A stretch of DNA of 63,996 bases, the filler included, from Streblomastix strix (Eukaryota): assembly GCA_008636045.1 (NCBI GenBank). It is 4 parts of 4 records of this genome, joined end to end, with 100 filler letters (N's around TTAATTAATTAA, not from the genome) between each part and the next. Parts side by side here need not be neighbours in the genome. Positions count along the whole stretch, not along the records: positions 48,589 to 63,996 come from SNRW01000989.1; 3 more parts are not named here. One strand, written 5' to 3'. Position numbers and translations under genes: made by a program. The notes below the pieces were generated by a model that saw only the letters and a list, made by a program, of their open reading frames with translations, was not told the origin of the DNA and did not search any database. Positions 55,045 to 63,996 of the stretch are shown in pieces; position 1 is the first letter of the stretch; each line of letters opens with the position of its first letter.

Positions 55045-58000
55045 ATGCACTTTATTCACTTTTTACTAGCCGTTGGGATTTTATACTGTGAAGGATTTGT
55101 AGGAATCGACTTTGGCTCTTAGAATACTGTCATCGGTGTGATTGGAGGCACTAAAAATCTAGAAATTGTTCATGCAGCAGGAGAAAAACGTATTTCACCG
55201 TCATTGGTTACCTTAGAAGGCATTCGTAGATTCAGTGGAGTGAAATCATTCCAGAAGGTATATTTATTAATGAAATTATTTTACTCTAAATATGCTTTAA
55301 TTTGATAGTAAATGCGTTTTCCTGATCATACATTCACAGACATTATAAATAATTTTGGGAAAAATAACTCACTTATAACACAACATTTTAATCAAAGCAT
55401 ATCAGGAGAAGAGATTGCTGCAATATCACTTTTTAGAGCGAAAAGAATTGCACGCTCTGAAGCAGAAACATCAATGAGTGGATATGTATTAGTAATTCCT
55501 TCATACTTCACATAAGCACAACGTATAGCTCTATTACATTCATCCAATATAGCTGGATTGAATGTCCTTGCTTTCATTGAATCATCCACTGCTTCTGCAT
55601 ACTTCTATGGTATTGAACGTAGTAGGACTATGCCAATTAATATATCAACTCCATATAAGCTATTCACTAAATAGGAAATAGCATATGAAAGATAATTAGA
55701 AAAGGAAAGGATGAAAATTGATGAAGAGTTTCTACGATCATTAAATAATCCATAAGATGAAGATATATAAACATAGGGAAGTCTAATTAGAAGATTGATA
55801 ACCTGGATATATAAGATAATCATATATCCATTCAATATCATTAAGAATATATTCAATAAGAATGATAAGGACGATAATAATGAAAATGGTATGTCAGATG
55901 AAGATAGATGGAGAATATTCACTGGAGAAAGTAATAAGAATAAGAATAAGAATAAGGAAGATCAGGAGAAGAAATAAAGGAATCGTGAATTATTGAATAT
56001 GAAGAGTAAATCTGGATTATCTCGTAATATTGACTGGGAATCAAGAGATAGGAAGAATGTCATTGGAGAAGATATAAGACATATAATATTTGTAGATGTT
56101 GGTGCTAATTAGATCACTTTTACATTAGCTGAATATCACTTTGATATGGAGAATAAAATACAGTCATCTTCTAAGGACAATGCATAAAGTAACAAGAAAG
56201 ATAAATAATAGAAAGATTCTGAATATGATGGAATTGTAAGAGGAAGAGGATTATTAGATATTGTTGTAACTCTGACTAAATAAGGAATTGGTGGAAATAG
56301 ATTTGATGAAATATTATAGAAAACTGCTTTATAATAGATTCTAAATGTAAAATCGACTAAATAATAATCTCATAATAAAAATAATTAATCTTTAAATGAC
56401 ATTAGTTTAGATGTAATAAAATCTTCATAGCTTAGAATATAGATTGAAAGAATTGTTCGTCATGCAAAAGAGATGTTATCCGTCTCTCCTACAATCAGAG
56501 AAACCATTGAAATACCAAATTCTGCATTTGCTAATATTCCAGGAATTATAAAATCAAAAGACTTTGATAATATAGGAGATGTTTCTTTATTATTCAGTAG
56601 AGAAGATTTTGAAGCTAATTCAACTCATATTGTTTCTGAGATTGAATAAACTGCACTTGAATTTATATAAATAGTTAATAACCATTTCTATCCAGAATAT
56701 TATTCATTAGAAAGTATCAATGAACTGAGTAATACTGATAATAATAATAATAAGATAATAAATGAATAATAGAAAGAAGAAATATTGGATTAATAAACAA
56801 AATAAGACCACAAATCAGATTTGAATGAAAAGAAAGAGAACAAATAGGAAGAGAAAATTGCAGAATTAAAATTAAGTAAAAAAGAATTGAAGAAGATGTA
56901 AGAAATCAAATTAAAAGAAGAATAAATATAAAAAGAAAATTAAAAGAAAGCAAATAAAATAAATGAAAAAGAAAATAAAATGAAATTAAATTAAAATAAT
57001 CCAATTTAATCCAATTCACAGATTAAACCTCACTTCAACTTCAGCTCAGTCCCAATTGAGTTACTTGGAGGGACAACACGCATTCCTGCTGTACAATAAG
57101 CACTCATTCGTGTGTTCACTGATATTGATTAGGATAAGAAGAATCAATCATTATAATAATAATAGTAAGATTAATAGAAGGATGAATAAAAAGAAAATGA
57201 AGATGAATATAATAAATCTAAAGAAGGAAGTGCATCAATTGGGAGATTGTTGAATATGGATGAATCAGCTGCACTTGGAGCAACTATATTTGCACAACGT
57301 ACATATGCATATGCACCTCTAAGGAAAGATAATATCATTGAATAGAATAAGTAAAAGAAGCAAAAGAAACAATTTGACAAGAATGAAATAATAATTGAAC
57401 TTTCTACTGGAGAAGTGGAAGGAGGAGGATAACTTAATATAAGAAGAAGATCATTATACTCTATTTAATCTACTATTGATATACTTTGGAATAAATATCA
57501 ATAACAATAAGATATTCATAATAATGTATTGGAGGAAAAGGAAATAATATAACTAATTAAGAAAGGATCCAAACTCTCAGATTCAACAAAGTTAATTATA
57601 AATCTAGGAGATTTAATATTATAACCAAATAAGTCATAAGGTATCAATGGTATAGAATAAGAAACTAACAATACTAATTTAAAATAAATCAAATCAAATG
57701 AAAGCAAAGAAATAGAACATCTTTTCCCAAATTCAATATCTCTATCAATTGATTATTCAGATCATACCCCTGATTATTCATATAATAATCTTTTCAATAT
57801 TTCATTTCCAAATATTAATGAAACTTTGAGATAACATATTAAAGAAATAAATGATGCTAATGAAGCAATGTTGTAATATATGAAATAATATGAATTAAAA
57901 AGATAATAATAAGAGAAAGAAAAAGAGAAAAGAAAATAGAAAGAAAAATAAGAAATAGATTAAAAAGAATCTAAAGAAGAAGAATCTAAAGAAAAAGATT

Positions 58001-59790
58001 CAAAAGAAGAAGAATTAAAAGAAGAAAGAAATTCTGATAATGAATAAAAGATTGTAAATGAATCTACTTCAAATAATAAAAATAATGAAACTAAAATTAA
58101 TGGAACATAAACAAACTATTCTACTTCAATTGTAAGTGAATAAACATAATCAAATATTTCTTATCTTCATAATAATACAAATAATATGACAATACCTTCT
58201 GTATTATACAATGTATCTATTGAATGCATATTCTAATATGATAGATATGGAATACTCCATTTAGCTCATTCATCAATGATATTCACTTAATAGGATGAAG
58301 ATATAAATGAATCTGAAGATAAGAAGAATAAGAAGGAGAATAAAAAAGAAAATAATTAAAAAGAAATTAATAACATAAGGACAAATAAAACAAAAGAAAA
58401 TTAATTTAATTCTTATTCCAATAAATAACATGATTAATAAATGTGGAATATGAACACAGATATATCTTCAGTAACATTCACTTCATAATATAAGAACTTG
58501 TAATCATTAACTTAATAATCTTAAATACATTCTTATAGATAGCATCCAGTTCGAATAAATTACTAAATATAATAACCTACATCTTCCTTGAATATATCTT
58601 AGTAATAATAATAATAATAATAAGTCAATTCAAAATCAATCCTCCTTCAATCACCATATTCATTCACAATATAAGAATATAAGATAGCCAGAGATCACAT
58701 ATAAGCATCAGAAGAAGCAGAAGAAGAAGAAGCTGAAATGGGGAGGATCAGAAGTAAGATGGAGTCACTTGCATTCATGGTAATGGAGAGAATAAGACAG
58801 GCTCGTGAATATCAGCAGAAACCAAACATTAAGAAATTAATAAATGGATCTGATAATAAGAAGATAGAAAATACAGATGAAAAGTCACCAATTGAATATT
58901 TGCTTCGAGTTTCAACAGAAAAAGATCGAGAAATGATTTATAAGAAGGCAAATGAAGCTATAGAATGGATTGAGGAGAATGATGGAACACCACAAATGAC
59001 TTTATCTGCAGTGAATAACCTCTTTGATGATCTTCATAAAACAATTGATCCTGTTTTTGTAAGAGCTGAATAATGCAGAATTTTTGATGCTGTGATGAAA
59101 GATGCGCGTATTCGAGTAGCAAATACAACTCGTGTGGCTGAGTCAATAAGAGAGAAAATGAATATTCGACTGAATAAGCATAAAAGTGAATAAATGGAAC
59201 ATGAAGCTCATTTATTAGAACAAAAGAAACAAAGAGAATAATAAAAGATTAATCAGGAGATGGATAATAATCAATAAGGATTAGATATTGAAGGATGGGG
59301 TGATGATGAATAGAAAGATAATGGAATAGAGAATATAGATAATGGGAAGAAGCTTAATGATGATTTGAATATTATCTCAGAAGAATAACACACAACTGAG
59401 AATGAATTAGATTTAGAATTGATATCTGATGTGGAAGATGCTTCTAATTATTTATCTCGTTGGTTGGATGCAGCTCAATTGAAACATGATACAGCATCAC
59501 CATTAGAAGATCCACCAGTGACTGTCAATGATGTCATTAATGTTATTAATGAGATGGCTGACATGGTCAGATAAAGTATGACAAGGGACATGGAACGTAG
59601 AGCTGAATTCGCTGAAAGGGAAAGACAGACTCTTGAGGCTCGTTTGCAGATGGAGCGTGAAATTCTATAGAATCAAATCTCACCTGGTAAGGATATTTAG
59701 AAGGATGCTTAAGAGTTGAATACGGATAAGAGCAAACTAAAGAAATAGAAGAATGAATTAAATCAAGAGAATAGTGGACCTGAATTATGA
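55045..59790 (+). CDS. ER Hsp70-family nucleotide exchange factor, HYOU1/GRP170/Lhs1-like (~1564 aa)
   Basis: Signal peptide; VGIDFGSQNT; EKRISPS; VIPSYFTQAQRIAL..AGLNVLAFIESSTASAYFYG; FVDVGA; GIGGNRFD; IELLGGTTRIPAVQ; LNMDESAALGA; ends SGPEL*; intron 55258-55308. Confidence 0.88.
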
Positions 59791-60474
59791 TTTAATATGA
59801 ATTATGTATTGTATTTGTAACTGAATAAACCATTCGATATGTTATAAATAATTAAAAAAATAATATTCCTTAGAATATAAATCAGAAGCATTATTCCTCT
59901 ATATATTTGGAGATGAAGGAGGAGTAACTACAACAGACAATGTAAGTATATCTTCAGTTGTATGATCTGGAGATCTGTCGCTTGGATGAAGAATATCATC
60001 ATTCACATCTTCTTTCTTCATATTATTGTTCTCTTTCAATCCCCTTCTTCCTGAATTTGTATCTGACTATAATTCTTCTATCTCTTATTTATACCCATTG
60101 TTTGTCTCATAGTAAATATGTTGAGCTTCTGGACGGAGAGTTTCAAAATTCAATTGATGGATATTAATTAATTAGTTGGTTGAAAGTGTTTCACTTTAAT
60201 CTGTAAATGTGTTATAAAATTTATTTGTATGCATTAACAGATGTAAGAAAATGTAATAAAAAATGTATTAATAAATAATCAAACTATTCTATTAAAGCTG
60301 TTATTGGCTGATCCTGTAGAGCTAATCGATGAGAGGAAGTGCAGAAGTATTACATTTTGGACCAATTAATATGTTTTAATCGAATTAAGCTAATTCTTCC
60401 TAGCTGTATTCGATAGGAAAAGGATCACTTGATATTCCAAAAAAGCTAATTTAACGCCCCGACAGATTATCCAT
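59680..60474 (-). CDS. Small two-exon hypothetical protein; 3' end uncertain
   Basis: MDNLSGRQISFFGISSDPFPIEYSQEEL..; intron ~60201-60284; first in-frame TGA is at 59680-59682. Confidence 0.55.
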
Positions 60475-61213
60475 TGCTATTAGTGCAAAACATTAAAAAT
60501 ATGAAAGAGATGCAAGAATAAACAAAAAAAAGTTTCAAGAACTTATAGATAAGTTTTTGCAATATCTTTGATTTAAAGTTAATTTTTCGTAAGTTAATGT
60601 AAATATTTAAATTAGAATAAAATAAAAAAATTATTATTAATAAAGATAATTATTATAAATTTAATAATAACGATTTTACTAATTATATTGGCGAAATATT
60701 TGAAAAACTAAAAAAAAAATATAAAGGCATTTGTGAAGTGATTCGTTTGTTAATATAAATTAATAATTTTATAATTATATATTCAAATAATTTGAATTTA
60801 TAAATATGTAATTGAAATGAATTTTGATAATTTGCTTAGTAATTATTTTGGAGTTTTAAGTTTATATCGTGTATTATGTAATTAATTCATTGTTTATGTT
60901 GAAATCATGATCATATAAAAATAACTATACAATATTTTTTATCAAATGTAAAGAAATAAGCACTAAGGACAGAGAAATAAGACGAATAATAATAATAAAG
61001 TTTTAAGATATTGGCTTAATACAATTAATAAAGTTGATAAAATGCTTATTTATGAATAAAAATAGAGGAAAATTTCGTTAGACAGTCGATTTCGAAATTA
61101 GAAAATAACTTTGAATGCGTAATGGGGCAGCCTGAAAAGCGCGGTCTATGGCGACCAAAACGAGTACAAAAAGAACCACGAAAAATTTTGGCCCACCAAG
61201 CAAGCAGCTACAC

Positions 61214-61531
61214 ATGTCTGGACGTGGAAAAGGTGGAAAAGGTGGAAAGGGTATCGGAAAGACTGGAGCCAAGCAGTACCGCAAGCTGCGCGACAACATT
61301 CAGGGCATCACAAAGCCAGCTATTCGACGTCTCGCTCGCCGAGGCGGTGTGAAGCGTATCTCAAACTTGATCTACGACGAGACTCGTGTGATCCTTAAGC
61401 TGTTCCTTGAAAGCGTCATTCGTGATGCAGTCACATACACCGAGCACGCAAGGCGCAAGACAGTCACTGCAATGGATATTGTCTACTCACTTAAGCGCCA
61501 AGGCCGCACCCTGTATGGTTTCGGTGCTTGA
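61214..61531 (+). CDS. H4: Histone H4 with a variant N-terminal tail, intronless
   Basis: [50 protein letters not shown]...[12 protein letters not shown]. Confidence 0.99.
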   Translation: MSGRGKGGKGGKGIGKTGAKQYRKLRDNIQGITKPAIRRLARRGGVKRISNLIYDETRVILKLFLESVIRDAVTYTEHARRKTVTAMDIVYSLKRQGRTLYGFGA

Positions 61532-61552
61532 TACGTGCGTGGTAATATATAA

Positions 61553-61568
61553 TGCGTTTATCAACGCA
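61553..61568 (+). promoter_or_regulatory. Histone 3' UTR stem-loop-like hairpin
   Basis: TGCGTT-TATC-AACGCA: 6-bp stem and 4-nt loop, 21 nt after the stop, followed by AACCA. Confidence 0.6.
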
Positions 61569-62197
61569 AACCAAAATAAACAAAACTTAACAAGAAAACT
61601 TCGATTTGCTTTTATTTTCTTCAAAAACTATTTATTTGTATCGTACATTTATTTTTGAATCAATCAAGTTGATACAGTCTTTGTTCATATAAAAAAATTT
61701 TATTTTGAGCTATGCTGCAGTCGAAGGATCGATTTAGTTAGTTTATTCTTGTCTACTCTTCAAATTCAATGTTTGTCGTATTTATTTTAACTATACTATT
61801 AAAATACAAATTAATTTCATTTTTCAAAGCCATTGATAAAGCTTTCCAATTTGGACTGATATTTCTCAAAATCTAAAGCTCTTTATTAGTTATTTATACT
61901 TAATATCTTCATCAATAATTATATTATTAAATTTAATTAAATCTTTTATCATTATAAACAGATTCATCATAAAATACATAAAATAAACAAAAATCGTAAT
62001 TTCTCATCATATACGTTTTAATTTCTTATTTGTTATTTAATTTTTCTATTTTCCAACGTATATTAATAATTATTTCATATTGAACTCAATTATTATTCAA
62101 TTTTTCATAAATGACTGAACTTTATTTAATTTATATTATATTAATTGTGATTTACGCAAAAATAATTGATGTATTTTTGTATTTATCTTACAGATAA

Positions 62198-63996
62198 ATG
62201 ACTGCTCCTGTTGCAAAATCTCCAGTGCGATCAAATGATGAGTTACAGCGAGAAAAGCAGTTATTCACCTTACGATCAGAACTCGCTCTTAAAGAAATTT
62301 AGCGTGAAAAAAAAGAAATTGAAGAAGAATTACACTAGCTTGAATAAGAGCGATAAGAATTCGATAAACTTAAAGCCGAAGCATCATTGGCAAACACTTA
62401 TAACCAGGCATTATTTACATTCATTTGATTTTTTATTATTTAAATCCATATTTTTTTTGCTTAATTTTTTTAGTAACAACGTTCTGAAATAATAGAGCTT
62501 AATGTTAGTGGAACAGTATTCTACACTCTTAAAGCCACTCTTTTGAAGTAACAAACACTTTTCATTTATATATTAATTATTCTTTCTAATTATTTTTTTC
62601 AAAAAGGCACGAAAACTCGATATTAGCATAATGTCTGAAGTATGAGTTAAATTAATTTTTATTCATTGTTTGTAACTGTTATTATAGTGGGTCTTTGCAT
62701 ATCCCCCGTGATCGAGAAGGAAGAATGTTTTTAGACAGAAATCCAACAGTCTTTGCTCTCATATTGGATTATCTTCGTACAGGGAATCTTCCTCTGAACT
62801 TTTCTTCTCCTGATGAGGAGAAAGCATTTGAGTCTGAGATGTCTCATTTCCAGATTGGGTATTGATATTTATATTGATATATATATATATATTATTACAA
62901 CTCTTTATTTATTAATAGACCATCTTCAACTGACTTTGCTGCAGTATGGAATCCAAGGTATATTTATTTTGATACTATACATTCATAAATCATTATTTGT
63001 TTAATAGATTAAAATCTGATGGATTAGAAATAACTGAAGATGGAAGAAAAATAGAAGTTTGTAAAAATAAGATTAGTCATTATATGTATTATATATTAAT
63101 CATATCAATATAAATGTAGGTTGTTGGGGAAGATGGAGATCATGTTGCTCTTCTTGGTGAACATAAGATCACTCGAGGTTATAAATTTTAGTTAAATGAT
63201 GAATATTTATTTCACTATTAATATTATATATACTTAGGAACTGTAACAATTACAATCCATGTCACAATACCTCGTCCAAATAGATATACAATAGGAGTAT
63301 AAATATTATTAAAATGATTATGTATTAATTACTATTCTACATTTATATTTGCATTATAGGTTCTTCCAGACATTCCATAATCGTTTAATAGAGGATTTGG
63401 CTATAAGAATGGTGTTCTTGGTATGTACATAAGCATATTATCTTTATTATTATTATTTCATTTATATTATTATAATTATTATTATAATAATAATAATAAT
63501 AATTATTATCTAATAAAAATTATTATTATTATTATTATTATTAAATTATTATTATAATTATTATTATTATAAATATACAGGGTGGGGACTTCATGATCAT
63601 ACTGGATCATTGGGAATATTCTGTCAAACATAACTTGTTGCCAATTCTACTCTTGGATATGCAACAGGAGATTTAGTATATTTATATATTAGTATTATAT
63701 ACATATAAATATATATTATTACCATATATTCATTTAAGGTTACAATGATTGTTGACGTTGATAGAGGTAATCTCACATATAAAGTTAATGGACTTCGCTG
63801 TGCAGAGCTTCTAAATTGTGAAGTCATTAAATTCGGAGTCTATGCAGGTTTATATATTTATTAATTGCGTATTATTAAAGAAGAAGCAAATAAATTATTT
63901 CACATTATCAATATTCTATTTATTATATTTGCTATTTGTCTCTTCATTGTGTAGGTGTGACTTTGTTCAACAAAGGATCTGTATGGAAGATTGTAA
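62198..63996 (+). CDS. Coiled coil + KCTD-type BTB/POZ + SPRY/B30.2-like protein, about 12 exons, cut by the window end
   Basis: IIELNVSGTVFYTLKATLLKHENSIL..RDREGRMFLDRNPTVFALILDYLRTG; GYATGDLVTMIVDVDRGNLTYKVNG..GVYAGVTLF. Confidence 0.9.
63440..63570. repeat. (TAT/TAA)n microsatellite-like tract within an intron
   Basis: Direct reading. Confidence 0.7.

Noticed and set aside
61148..61213. 22-aa N-terminal extension of H4 from an upstream in-frame ATG
   Set aside because: The canonical MSGRGK start is at 61214; the upstream sequence looks like promoter or UTR and there is no supporting evidence.
36853..63996. Apparent ubiquitin-system cluster (cullin, UIM protein, BTB adaptor)
   Set aside because: The cullin is on a different contig from the other two; co-occurrence comes from concatenation.

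Overview
AT-rich, intron-rich eukaryotic DNA that uses the UAR=Gln code (TAA/TAG read as Gln, TGA the only stop), which is why the supplied standard-code ORF track is fragmented. The code, the 50-150 nt GT-AG introns, the DIRS elements and the beta-helix surface proteins together suggest an oxymonad such as Streblomastix strix (inference). The window is four unrelated ~16 kb contigs joined by N-TTAATTAATTAA-N linkers. Contig 1 (1-16107): TTBK/CK1-like pseudokinase ending in CaaX; a full-length DIRS1-type tyrosine-recombinase retrotransposon (ITRs, ICR, gag, RT-RNaseH-MTase, YR) whose ICR appears to lie inside a spliceosomal intron; a membrane/Cys-rich gene with in-frame TGA; a second, truncated DIRS. 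Contig 2 (16208-32307): intron-containing pogo DD35D transposase, beta-solenoid surface-protein pseudogene, repeat-rich non-coding DNA, STE20/MST-like kinase with degenerate catalytic motifs. Contig 3 (32408-48488): ARM-like protein, divergent cullin, large type I membrane beta-helix protein. Contig 4 (48589-63996): large UIM protein, HYOU1/GRP170-type Hsp70, small hypothetical gene, variant histone H4 with a divergent 3' stem-loop, BTB-SPRY gene. All translations were done by hand, and long exons were spot-checked rather than read in full.
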